Assembly (NCBI GenBank): GCA_963558435.1
Contig: CAUWGM010000010.1
Coordinates: 1,432 to 65,431, forward strand
Direction: 5' to 3'
Length of the DNA: 64,000 nucleotides
DNA from: an uncultured Collinsella sp.
GTDB taxonomy: Bacteria > Actinomycetota > Coriobacteriia > Coriobacteriales > Coriobacteriaceae
Positions 44,199-53,598 of this stretch are shown piece by piece. A program made the translations under genes and the position numbers. Each line of letters starts with the position of its first letter. Within the stretch, counting starts at the first letter, position 1. Under the pieces are notes generated by a model. That model was not told the origin of the DNA, made no database searches, and worked only from the letters and a program-made list of their open reading frames with translations.

Positions 44199-44576
44199 CT
44201 ACATACCGGGCGCCGAACCCGTCACGGCCATGTAGACCAGGTAGGCGTTGGCCAGGTTGAGCACGACGCCGGTCACGATGCCGTTGCGCAGGTAGCGCTC
44301 GGCGGTGAGCACGGCAGCGGCCTCGCTCTCCTCCTCATGGGCGCGCGCCTGCTTGCCCGCGCTCATGTACGTCGCCATGCACAGCAAGAACGCGAACGCC
44401 GGCACGAGCAGCAGCTCGTAGCGGTTGCTGAAACGCGTCGCCACGCCGGCGCTGAACTCCATGGGCACCGATTCGGGCAGCTGCGGGATGAAGTACATCA
44501 CGACCAGCAGCGGGATGATCGCCAACGCAGCCAGCACGATCGACATGATGCCGGCTTTCTTTCCGTACTTGAACAT
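44199..44576 (-). CDS. DUF1648-like membrane protein
   Basis: 125 aa with 3-4 hydrophobic segments. The family call is tentative. Confidence 0.5.
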   Translation of the reverse strand: MFKYGKKAGIMSIVLAALAIIPLLVVMYFIPQLPESVPMEFSAGVATRFSNRYELLLVPAFAFLLCMATYMSAGKQARAHEEESEAAAVLTAERYLRNGIVTGVVLNLANAYLVYMAVTGSAPGM

Positions 44577-44666
44577 TCGAAATCGCCTCTCTCGATTCTC
44601 GTATACCGCCGTGCGCAGCCTCCGGGCGCACCCATCCGTCGCGCGCGGCGAGCACCGCCTGCGTGC

Positions 44667-45746
44667 TTACACGTTGAAGCGGAAGTGCACCACGTCGCCG
44701 TCGGCCATGACGTAGTCCTTACCCTCGATGCGCAGCTTGCCGGCCGCCTTGGCACCGGCCTCGCCGCCCAGCTCGACGTAGTCGTCGAAGGCCACGACCT
44801 CGGCCTTGATGAAACCGCGCTCGAAGTCCGTGTGGATCACGCCGGCCGCCTGGGGGGCCGTCGCGCCCTGGCGCACCGTCCACGCGCGGACCTCCATCTC
44901 GCCCGCCGTGAAGTAGCTCTGCAGGCCGAGCAGCTTATACGCCGCCTGGGCGAGCGTCTCGAGACCTGAATGCTCCAGGCCCAGGTCGGCCAGGTACTCG
45001 GCTGCTTCCTCGGGCTCGAGCTCGGACAACTCGGCCTCGACCTTGGCGCAGATGGGGATGGGCGTCACGCCGTCGATGGCATCGAGCTCGACCGTGAGCT
45101 CGTCCTCGTCCACGTTCGCCACGTAGAGCATAGGCTTCATGGTGAGCAGGAACAGGCCCTTGGCGGCGGCGCGCTCCTCGTCGGTCATCTCCATGTTGGC
45201 CGCGCGCTTGCCGTCGTTCAGCCACTCGAGCAGGCGCTTGGCGATCTCGAACTTGGGAGCGAGCGCGTGGTCGCGCTTGGACTCCTTCTCGAGCTTGGGC
45301 AGCTGCTTCTCGAGCGTCTGGATATCGGCCAGGATGAGCTCGGTCATGATGGTCTCGGCATCGCTCGCCGGATCGACGAAGTCGCCGGTATGGTTGACCT
45401 CGCGCATAACGTCGGGATCCTTGAAGTAGCGAACGACCTCGCAGATGGCGTCGCACTCGCGGATGTTGGCCAGGAACTGGTTGCCCAGCCCCGCGCCCTC
45501 GGCCGCCGCGCCCTTCACCAGGCCGGCGATGTCGACGAACTCGACCGTGGCGGGCATGATGCGGCCCGGGTGCACGATATCGGCCAGCGCCTGCAGGCGC
45601 GCGTCGGGCACGTCGACGATGCCCACGTTGGGGTCGATCGTGGCGAACGGGTAGTTAGCGGCCAGGCCGCCCTTCTTGGTGAGCGCGGTGAACAGCGTCG
45701 ACTTGCCCACGTTGGGCAGGCCCACGATACCGATTGAAAGCGCCAT
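44667..45746 (-). CDS. ychF: Redox-regulated ATPase YchF
   Basis: MALSIGIVGLPNVGKSTLF...; the C-terminal part looks like the YchF TGS-type domain. Confidence 0.95.
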   Translation of the reverse strand: MALSIGIVGLPNVGKSTLFTALTKKGGLAANYPFATIDPNVGIVDVPDARLQALADIVHPGRIMPATVEFVDIAGLVKGAAAEGAGLGNQFLANIRECDAICEVVRYFKDPDVMREVNHTGDFVDPASDAETIMTELILADIQTLEKQLPKLEKESKRDHALAPKFEIAKRLLEWLNDGKRAANMEMTDEERAAAKGLFLLTMKPMLYVANVDEDELTVELDAIDGVTPIPICAKVEAELSELEPEEAAEYLADLGLEHSGLETLAQAAYKLLGLQSYFTAGEMEVRAWTVRQGATAPQAAGVIHTDFERGFIKAEVVAFDDYVELGGEAGAKAAGKLRIEGKDYVMADGDVVHFRFNV

Positions 45747-45875
45747 GTGGTTCTCCTTGCAAACACAACGCGCCGCGAAACGCGGGTTCTACGCGAATCG
45801 CGGCACACGATGATCCTGGACGATATTGTACGCGAGGGCGCGCCGCAGGTCACGCGACGCGCCCTCGCGACCGTG

Positions 45876-47141
45876 CTAATCCGCAAGCTTCTCCACCTTG
45901 TCGAGGGCAGCGGACAGCTTCTTCTTGGCCTCCTCCTTCGCCTTCAGGGCCTCGGCGCGCGCCTTCTCGGCCTCGGCCGCGCGCTTCTCCTCCTCGGGGT
46001 CGGGCACGATGAGCTCGGAGGCATCGGTCTCCACCATGGTGATCGCATGGTCGGCGCACACCTCGGCGCACAGCCCGCAGCCCACGCAATAGGTGGACTC
46101 GAGCGTGAAGCGCCCGGCGGCCGTGAGATCGCAGGCGAACGTGGGGCACTGGCGCACGCACTCGCCGCACATCGTGCACTTCGAGAAATCGCACTCCGGG
46201 CGCGACACGCGCACGTTCTCGGCGAGCTCGGGATGCGCCTGCAAGGTGGAGAGCAGCAGCTGGTTCTTCTGCATGAGGATGCGGCGGCGCTTCTGCGTGG
46301 TCACGCCGCACGCCTTGTTGAGCGTGCGCTCCAAGTTGGTGATCTGCTGGGAATGCGCCTTCAGGCGCTGAGACACCGAGGCGAGCGCCGCCGTCGCGGG
46401 ATTGAGCTTGGACACCGCCAGGCCCGTGGAGCGCATGATGTTGTCCATGAACTCCTTGCGCTCGTACTCGCGGCGCTTGGTGCACGTGAGGGCACCGGCC
46501 TCCACCTCGAGGCCGAGGCCGGTGCCCGCCCATTCCTCCGCCGTCGCGATGGCATCGCCGAGGATCTCCTCGCCGGTGGTGTTGCGGCAGTTGGTGCAGA
46601 TGTCCAGCGGCAGGTACACGCTCACGTTGGGATAGTCGGCGAGGATGGAGAACCATACCTCGCGCGTCACATCGCCCACGCAGGCGACGACGACCTCGTT
46701 CTCGCGCGGCAGGCGGCGCAGGGCGCGCGTGCAGGTCACGTACGCCGTCTCGTGCGCGGCGGCCGCCGCGGCGATGGCGTCGTAAAGCTTCTTGGGCTGG
46801 ATGCGCGGCGAGACGAAGGCCTCCGTGGGGCACGCCGCGGAGCACAGGCCGCACTTGCGACAGGAATCGAGCACGTCGATGCCGCCGTCCTCGATATCGA
46901 TCGCCTCGACCGGGCAGGCATCGAGGCATGCCGTGCACGAGCTCTTATCGTATTTGCACACCAGGCACGGAATGGTGTTCGCGCGCGGGCGCTCCTTGTA
47001 ATCCGCCGGATTCCAACGGGGCGCGTCGGGCGACGCGACGCCCATGAGCGCGTCGGTCACGCCGCCGAAAGGGTCCTTGAGGGCGCCCAGCCCCTTGCTG
47101 ATATCGATGATGTCGTCGAACAAGTCGTGATTCTGCGCCAT
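45876..47141 (-). CDS. 4Fe-4S dicluster domain protein with a Lys/Glu/Ala-rich C-terminus
   Basis: CxxCxxCxxxCP motifs (CTACLDACP, CRKCGLCSAACP, CTMCGECVRQCP, CVGCGLCAEVC). Confidence 0.75.
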   Translation of the reverse strand: MAQNHDLFDDIIDISKGLGALKDPFGGVTDALMGVASPDAPRWNPADYKERPRANTIPCLVCKYDKSSCTACLDACPVEAIDIEDGGIDVLDSCRKCGLCSAACPTEAFVSPRIQPKKLYDAIAAAAAAHETAYVTCTRALRRLPRENEVVVACVGDVTREVWFSILADYPNVSVYLPLDICTNCRNTTGEEILGDAIATAEEWAGTGLGLEVEAGALTCTKRREYERKEFMDNIMRSTGLAVSKLNPATAALASVSQRLKAHSQQITNLERTLNKACGVTTQKRRRILMQKNQLLLSTLQAHPELAENVRVSRPECDFSKCTMCGECVRQCPTFACDLTAAGRFTLESTYCVGCGLCAEVCADHAITMVETDASELIVPDPEEEKRAAEAEKARAEALKAKEEAKKKLSAALDKVEKLAD

Positions 47142-47437
47142 AGCGCCGCCTCCCTAGGGCCCGGCTCAAAAACGTAGCAACTTTTCTAGTTTAGAGCACG
47201 GCGGGGCCGTGGGACGCCCGCTCATAGCGAAGGCATAGATTCTCTTGAGTCGACGCGTCACCCCGGGGCCCGGGGACTCGTCACGCGCGCTCCCCCAGCC
47301 GGCGCGCGACGAGCGCGAGCACCGTCACCACCAGCCATGCACCGGCGAGCACGGGACCGGCGCCCTCTCCGCGGGAAACGGGCCGGCGCGATCGCGGGTC
47401 GACGGGCACACGCGACGCCCTCGACGCCCCGCTGCGA

Positions 47438-47854
47438 CTAGACCAGCTTGCCCTCGCAGTGATCGATGCCGTGCTGCACGCACTGCGCCGTCCAATCCTG
47501 GAACGTGCGCGTGCGCGGCACGAGCTGGTCGCCCACGAGCTCCTGGAAGGAGACGCGAACGGTCTTGAAGCGCTTGACATACGAAGTGGTCTCGAGACTC
47601 AGGCAGCCCTCCTGCGCCTTGAACGGCTTCATCCCCATCATGACCTTGGGGTTGTAGAGCACGTGGACGTGGCCCTTCTGCTCATACGCGACGATGGCCT
47701 TGTTCACGCCGATCTGGTTCGCGGCGAGGCAGGCGCAGTCCTCGAGCGACTTCATGGTGTCGGCCAGGTCCTGGGCGACCGCGGCGTCCTCGGCGGTCGC
47801 GGGCTCCGCTACCTGGGCGAGCAGAATCTGGTCGTGAACGAGTTCCTTAATCAA
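47438..47854 (-). CDS. Peptide-deformylase-like protein lacking the HExxH glutamate
   Basis: TTG start after GGAGGG. LAANQIG, EGCLS, then QHGIDHCEG where PDF has QHExDH. Confidence 0.65.
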   Translation of the reverse strand: MIKELVHDQILLAQVAEPATAEDAAVAQDLADTMKSLEDCACLAANQIGVNKAIVAYEQKGHVHVLYNPKVMMGMKPFKAQEGCLSLETTSYVKRFKTVRVSFQELVGDQLVPRTRTFQDWTAQCVQHGIDHCEGKLV

Positions 47855-48437
47855 AGCGATCCCTCCAAGTAAACCGGGCGGCCCCGGCGGTTCGGCTCCG
47901 GGCCGCACCCGGCTGTTGCTACAGTAAGTTCTACATGATACCGAATTACGAGATCCGATGGCTGCTAACGCCGTCCACGCAGCAGAAACGCATACCTCGA
48001 ATCGACGCCGGCGCCGCGGGCTCGGCCGCATCGCGCCCGGATGCGTGTAGGTGAGCGCCCCGTCGATGTACACCGCGTCCTCGCCCACGTTCCGCGCGAT
48101 CAGGCTGCCGTACAGCAGACCCACCGCGCCCTTTCCGATGATCGCTACGCGCTCGATCGACATCTCAGGTCCCTTTCGGCAAACATGCAGTGCGCTCGAT
48201 TATCCGTCACCCACCCCGCCCGGCAAACGTTAAAATCACCTTACGAACGCGGTTTTACCACCCTGACATGTACGGTGCCGCCGCTCTTGTGCCAAACTAG
48301 AGAACGCGCGGGGGCACGGCCCTCGCCCGGAGCGGCGGGAAATCCCGCCCGCCCCTCGGCGCCGCGGGCTCTGTCGAACCGCCGCGTCGCCCGAGGACCG
48401 CGTCCTCGCTCTCCAGCACCCTACATCGGGAGGTTCC

Positions 48438-49517
48438 ATGCCAAGAATAGGATTGCTCACCAGCGGTGGAGACTGCCAGGCGCTCAACGCGACCATGCGC
48501 GGCATCGTGAAGACCATGCTCAACAACGCCCACGAACCTGTTGAGATCTACGGCTTCGAGGATGGCTACCAAGGCCTCATCTACGGCCGCTACAAGCTCA
48601 TGTCCATGCGGGATTTCAGCGGTATCCTCACACGCGGCGGCACCATCCTCGGCACCAGCCGCACGCCCTTCAAGCGCCTCGACACCCCCGAGGCCGACGG
48701 CGTCGAGAAGGTGCCCGCCATGGTTCGCACCTATCAGAAACTGCGCCTCGACTGCCTGTTCATGCTGGGCGGCAACGGCTCGACCAAGACCGCTAACCGC
48801 CTGTGCGAAGAGGGCCTCAACGTGATCGCGCTGCCCAAGACCATAGACAACGACACGTTCGGCACCGACATCACGTTCGGCTTCACCAGCGCCGTCGAGG
48901 TCGCCACGCGCTGCATCGACGACATCCACACCACGGCGTCCAGCCACGGCCGCGTCTTCGTGATCGAGATCATGGGCCATAAGGTCGGTTGGATCCCGCT
49001 GTACGCCGCCGTCGCCGGCGGCGCCGACGTCTGCCTGATCCCCGAGATTCCCTACGACATCGCCAACGTGCAGGCCGCCATCGAACGCCGCATGGAGGCG
49101 GGAAGCCGCTTCACCATCGTGGTGGTGGCCGAGGGCGCCATCTCCAAGGAGGACGCGGCCCTGCCCAAGAAGGAGTACAAGGCCAAGGTTGCCGCGCGCA
49201 CCTCGCCATCCATCGCCTACGACCTCGCGCGCCAGATCGAGGAGATCTGCGGCCGCGAGACGCGCGTGGCGATCCCCGGCCACACGCAGCGCGGCGGCGC
49301 GCCCGACGCGCAGGACCGCATCTTCGCCACGCAGTGCGGCGTCGAGGCGGCACTCGGCTGCCTCGAGGGCGAGTACGGCTTCATGGTGGCCCAGCGCAAC
49401 GGCCGCATGTGCCGCGTTCCGCTGGAAGAGGTCGCCGGCAAGCTGAAGTACGTCGACCCCGAAAGCGACCTGGTGCGCGAAGCACGCGCTCTCGGCATCA
49501 GCTTCGGCGACGATTAG
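48438..49517 (+). CDS. pfkA: 6-phosphofructokinase
   Basis: IGLLTSGGDCQALNA, GGNGS, PKTIDND. Confidence 0.9.
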   Translation: MPRIGLLTSGGDCQALNATMRGIVKTMLNNAHEPVEIYGFEDGYQGLIYGRYKLMSMRDFSGILTRGGTILGTSRTPFKRLDTPEADGVEKVPAMVRTYQKLRLDCLFMLGGNGSTKTANRLCEEGLNVIALPKTIDNDTFGTDITFGFTSAVEVATRCIDDIHTTASSHGRVFVIEIMGHKVGWIPLYAAVAGGADVCLIPEIPYDIANVQAAIERRMEAGSRFTIVVVAEGAISKEDAALPKKEYKAKVAARTSPSIAYDLARQIEEICGRETRVAIPGHTQRGGAPDAQDRIFATQCGVEAALGCLEGEYGFMVAQRNGRMCRVPLEEVAGKLKYVDPESDLVREARALGISFGDD

Positions 49518-49611
49518 AACCGGGAGATGGCGGCCGGGCCGGTTGGCCACGGCGCGAAACGGCCCCGAACGACGCGGGCGGCCTGCAGCGCATGCGGGCC
49601 GTCCGCGTTTT

Positions 49612-50238
49612 CTATGCCGGCAGGTTCACGATCTCCGTATTCGAGAAGGACCCGGCATCCTCGTCGTAATCGAACACCAGGATGCAGCAGTTCCCCAGCG
49701 GCAGCCCCTGGTCGCATCGAGCCGCATGCTCCCATGCGCGCTTGAACTGCAGCGTGGCCGAACCGTGTGAGACGGCGAGGACGTTTCGCGCGTCTTCGCG
49801 CTCCATGATGCCGCGCAGCGTCGCGACCATGCGCGCCCGCACGGCCTCGCTCCCCTCGCCGCCGCAGGGGACGAGCGCCTCGCCCGGATCCCATACGCCT
49901 GCAGGGACCGCGTCCTGCGGCCCCTCCTCGTACGGCCCGTAGCTGCGCTCGATCAGACCGTCGACCACCTCGATCTTGGGAACGGGGCGGGCAGCGCCAC
50001 TCGCGCGCTCCGCCTTCTGCAGCGCCTCGCGCGCGATGCAGGCCGTGTTGTACGCCCTGCCCAGCGGGGAGCTGCAGATGCGATCGAACGAGACGCCCTG
50101 CCGCGCCAGCCATTCTGACGCCTCGCGCGCCTGCTCGATCCCCGTCGAGGTCAGCGGCGAGTCGCAGCGCCCCTGCACCAGCTTCTGAACGTTGTACAGC
50201 GTCTGGCCATGACGCATCAGATAGAGCCTCTTCGCCAT
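49612..50238 (-). CDS. Histidine phosphatase (phosphoglycerate-mutase family)
   Basis: LYLMRHGQTLYN, and a second His in AVSHGS. Confidence 0.8.
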   Translation of the reverse strand: MAKRLYLMRHGQTLYNVQKLVQGRCDSPLTSTGIEQAREASEWLARQGVSFDRICSSPLGRAYNTACIAREALQKAERASGAARPVPKIEVVDGLIERSYGPYEEGPQDAVPAGVWDPGEALVPCGGEGSEAVRARMVATLRGIMEREDARNVLAVSHGSATLQFKRAWEHAARCDQGLPLGNCCILVFDYDEDAGSFSNTEIVNLPA

Positions 50239-50253
50239 GATGCGGATCCCCTC

Positions 50254-51405
50254 CTACTGCTCGGTGCTTACGTAGTCCTCGTCCACGGTGATCTTAGCAA
50301 CGGCCTTGGGATACTCCTCCTGCACCGCCGCCGCGAGCCGCGCCTTGAGTTCCCGGGCGCTCAGTGCACACTCCTCGGGACGAAGGCAGTCGAAGATCAC
50401 GTTCGTATGCGTGGGTCCGGGCACCGTGCGCAGGTCATGGATGGATACGCGCGGATCGATCTGCTTGGCGAGCGCGTCGATTCGGTTGCGCATGTCCACG
50501 ACGGCGGGATCCTTGGTCACGATGGGGTCGTAATGCAGTGTGACGATCATGCCGTCTTCGTCCTTGAACGCCTGCTCGATGTTATCGAGCGTGTCGTGAC
50601 TCGTGATGGGGTCCGCCTCCGCCGCCATCTCGACGTGGGCGCTCGCGAACTGCCTGCCGGGACCGTAGTCGTGGACCATGAGGTCATGCGTGCCCAGGAC
50701 TCCCGGATACCCCATGATCTTGCTGCGGATATGCTCAACCAGATGCGGGTCGGGAGCCGACCCGAGCAGCGGATCGACGGTATCCTTGATGAGCTGGATG
50801 CCGCTCCAGCCGATATAGAGGCCCACGGCGAGACCCGCGACACCATCGAGCTCGATCCCGGTCACCTGTGCGACGATAGCCGAAACCAGCACGGCGGCGG
50901 TTGCGATGACGTCGTTTTTCGAGTCCTGCGCCGTTGCGATCAGGGTCTCGGAATCGATGCGCTCGCCGAGCACGCGATTGAAGCGCGCCATCCACAGCTT
51001 CACCGCGATCGAAAGCAGCAATACGACGACCAGCGCGATCGAGAAATCGACCGGCTCGGGAGACAGGAGCTTCTCAACCGAGGACTTCACCAACTCGATG
51101 CCGATAAGCAGCACGAGGACCGCCACGACGAGACCCGATAGGTACTCGTAGCGCCCGTGACCATACGGATGCTCGGGGTCGGCGGGCTTGCTCGCCAGCT
51201 TGAATCCCAAGACGCTCACGATGTTCGAACTCGCATCCGAGAGGTTGTTGAGCGCGTCAGCGACGATGGAGACCGAACCGCTCGCCACGCCGATGGCCGC
51301 CTTCGCGATGCAAAGCACGATGTTGAGCACGATGCACACCACGCCCGCGAGCGAGCCGACGCGCGTGCGGTCTTCACCTGCCCGTTTCATTATCCAATCA
51401 TCCAT
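50254..51405 (-). CDS. Cation diffusion facilitator transporter
   Basis: Met at 51405 after GAGGGGAGAGG. SVSIVADALNNLSDA, HPYGHGRYE. The longer track ORF reads through the 62-bp repeats. Confidence 0.85.
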   Translation of the reverse strand: MDDWIMKRAGEDRTRVGSLAGVVCIVLNIVLCIAKAAIGVASGSVSIVADALNNLSDASSNIVSVLGFKLASKPADPEHPYGHGRYEYLSGLVVAVLVLLIGIELVKSSVEKLLSPEPVDFSIALVVVLLLSIAVKLWMARFNRVLGERIDSETLIATAQDSKNDVIATAAVLVSAIVAQVTGIELDGVAGLAVGLYIGWSGIQLIKDTVDPLLGSAPDPHLVEHIRSKIMGYPGVLGTHDLMVHDYGPGRQFASAHVEMAAEADPITSHDTLDNIEQAFKDEDGMIVTLHYDPIVTKDPAVVDMRNRIDALAKQIDPRVSIHDLRTVPGPTHTNVIFDCLRPEECALSARELKARLAAAVQEEYPKAVAKITVDEDYVSTEQ

Positions 51406-51499
51406 AGTGGCCTCTCCCCTCTCGTTTCCGCGATTCATCATCATAATCCTGTTGCCGCGCCGCCGCGAATGATACACAGCCACGTCTCTGCGCCTTGGA

Positions 51500-51675
51500 G
51501 CCATTCGGCGCACCTCTGGCGCGTCGGCGGCAGTCCCGCATGGCTCCATCCGGCCTTCGGGGCCATTCGGCGCACCTCCGGCGCGTCGGCGGCAGTCCGG
51601 CATGGCTCCATCCGGCCTTCGGGGCCATTCGGCGCACCTCTGGCGCGTCGGCGGCAGTCCCGCATGGCTCCAAAG
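51500..51675. repeat. 62-bp tandem repeat, about 2.8 copies, each with a GGAGCCAT...ATGGCTCC hairpin
   Basis: Units start at 51500, 51562 and 51624. Degenerate inverted copies lie at ~52890-53100. Confidence 0.8.
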
Positions 51676-51870
51676 TTCTTCAGAGTGCGAAAACCACACC
51701 GCATACTCCATGCTTCATGGAGACAGTCTGAAATTTTACCCGTATCTGAACAAGCCGCCAGTCGAATGTCCTGGGTTTGTAATCACACTGTTAGACAATA
51801 GTTAGCATTAGCAGAAATTGAGGTTGCAAGCGCATGACATCATCCCCTCAACCGAGTGAAGGGAGCAGGT

Positions 51871-52845
51871 ATGCGGGGCACCGTAACAAAGCTGACGTTA
51901 GAGGCGCTCGACCGGGCAAGCGAGCGCGGACTGCTTTTGGAGCCAGATACACCTCCTATAAAGAGAGCGCTTGAACGACTCTGCAACTCCGGGCTCGTCG
52001 TGCGCCCGCACCGTGGTCTCTACGCGAAAACTTCGACCTGGCACGCGCTCACCCAACGAGAACGATATCTCATTGGCCTTCGATCCCTTTCTCTGATGCA
52101 CCCTGATTGGATCTTTTGCTCGTATTCAGCCGCAGCTCTGTTCGGAATAGACATCCCCTATTGCACCATGAAGCAGATTCATGTCGTCGCATCGCGGACA
52201 GGCGCACATGGACAAATCTACCAGCATCATCTACGAAATATCGAAGAAGAACGCATCGACGGCATTCCTGTAGTTGCCCTCGAAAGAACCGTTGCAAGCG
52301 TTGTCGATCAGCTTGCATTTCCACGCGCTCTCGGAGTTGTCGATGCCGCGCTGCGCATCAAGGATTGCCACGCCGAAGAGCTGCTCGAATGCATCGATAA
52401 ACTGCCTGGACGCGGCTTCAATCGAAAATATGTGAACGAGGTCGTGTCATACGGTGACAATCGAAGTGAAAACGGCGGCGAATCGTATGCGAGGGGCATT
52501 ATGATCGAACAGGGCGTCATGCTACCCGAGTTGCAGGTTGCGCACTACGACCCCATTACCGGAAGCTGCTATCGCGATGATTTCGAATGGACACTGGCAC
52601 ACCACAATATAGCTGGGGAGCTCGATGGTATGGGGAAGTACACCAGCATCGCGCGGGCAAACGGGAAGAGTATCGAAGACGTGCTGCGCGAAGAACGCCA
52701 ACGTGAATCACGCCTAAGAAACCAGGGGCTACAATTCGCACGCTTTACATTCGAGCAGGTGCGCCAGGTTCATCCGTTTCTCCATATCCTGGATTCCTGC
52801 GACATTCCACGAATCGGATGGAATGAGCGCTCGCCACACAAGTAA
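51871..52845 (+). CDS. AbiEi_4-like wHTH N-terminus plus DUF559/Vsr-like endonuclease-fold C-terminus
   Basis: LCNSGLVVRPHRGLYA..., and a C-terminal ENGGESYARGIMIEQGVMLPELQV...DFEW...ELDGMGKY pattern. The assignment is from memory of the family. Confidence 0.5.
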   Translation: MRGTVTKLTLEALDRASERGLLLEPDTPPIKRALERLCNSGLVVRPHRGLYAKTSTWHALTQRERYLIGLRSLSLMHPDWIFCSYSAAALFGIDIPYCTMKQIHVVASRTGAHGQIYQHHLRNIEEERIDGIPVVALERTVASVVDQLAFPRALGVVDAALRIKDCHAEELLECIDKLPGRGFNRKYVNEVVSYGDNRSENGGESYARGIMIEQGVMLPELQVAHYDPITGSCYRDDFEWTLAHHNIAGELDGMGKYTSIARANGKSIEDVLREERQRESRLRNQGLQFARFTFEQVRQVHPFLHILDSCDIPRIGWNERSPHK

Positions 52846-53164
52846 AAATCACTCGAAGCGAACGGACATCTACGGCCCGATGCTCGGACAAAAGAAGCGC
52901 TGGAGCCATCAGACACACCGTTTAGGCGCATAAATCGCGCTGCCTGGCTCCACCGATCGGAATGGTGCCATATCGAAGGAACACGGCATCGTCTCACCGA
53001 GCGCGCCGAATGGCTCCAAAGATCGGAATGGAGCCATGCAGCGACCAACGCGATAGCGACTACGGTTCAAATTGGCTCCGCGGTGCCATATGGAACCAGA
53101 TGGTACGCTGACAGGCGCACTATGCTGGTCTAATTGACTCCGTTCGAAACTAAGCGATCGGGGC

Positions 53165-53202
53165 ATAACACAAAGGCCGCCACCCGTAGCGGGTAGCGGC
53201 CT
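53165..53202 (-). terminator. Intrinsic terminator just after rpsJ
   Basis: On the minus strand, AGGCCGCUACCCG-CUA-CGGGUGGCGGCCU followed by UUGUGUU, 27 nt after the rpsJ stop. Confidence 0.55.
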
Positions 53203-53228
53203 AGAAAACGACGCTTCGAGCGATCAGC

Positions 53229-53537
53229 TTAGAGCTTGATCTCGATGTCGACACCAGCGGGAAGGTCGAGACGCATGAGGGAATCGACGGTGCCGGCGGT
53301 GGGGTCGAGGATGTCGATGAGGCGCTTGTGGGTGCGCATCTCGAACTGCTCGCGGGAGTCCTTGTTCAGGTGCGGGGAGCGGATAACCGTGTAGAGGTTG
53401 CGCTCGGTGGGCAGCGGAATGGGGCCGGAAACGCGAGCACCGGTCTTCTGAGCGGTCTCGACGATGAGCTTCGCGGACTGATCGACGATCTCGTGATCAT
53501 AGCCCTTGAGGCGGATCCTGATCTTCTGGCTAGACAA
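53229..53537 (-). CDS. rpsJ: 30S ribosomal protein S10
   Basis: [22 protein letters not shown]... Confidence 0.97.
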   Translation of the reverse strand: MSSQKIRIRLKGYDHEIVDQSAKLIVETAQKTGARVSGPIPLPTERNLYTVIRSPHLNKDSREQFEMRTHKRLIDILDPTAGTVDSLMRLDLPAGVDIEIKL

Positions 53538-53598
53538 CTTGAACCTCCAAATGGAATGCGAGGGCGGCCTCGCGGTGATACTAGTGCGAGCGAGTGGC

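Noticed and set aside
47281-47437. Possible ~42-aa membrane micro-ORF downstream of the def-like gene (…GAGPVLAGAWLVVTVLALVARRLGERA)
   Set aside because: It has only a GTG start with no convincing RBS, and there is no paralog or conservation evidence available.
48040-48163. N-terminus resembling a Rossmann ketopantoate-reductase-type start (MSIERVAIIGKGAVGLLYGSLIARNVGEDAVYIDG) fused in-frame upstream of the def-like gene
   Set aside because: Only ~40 aa look protein-like before the frame degenerates into Arg/Pro-rich sequence, so it is probably a gene relic. Too short to call as a feature.
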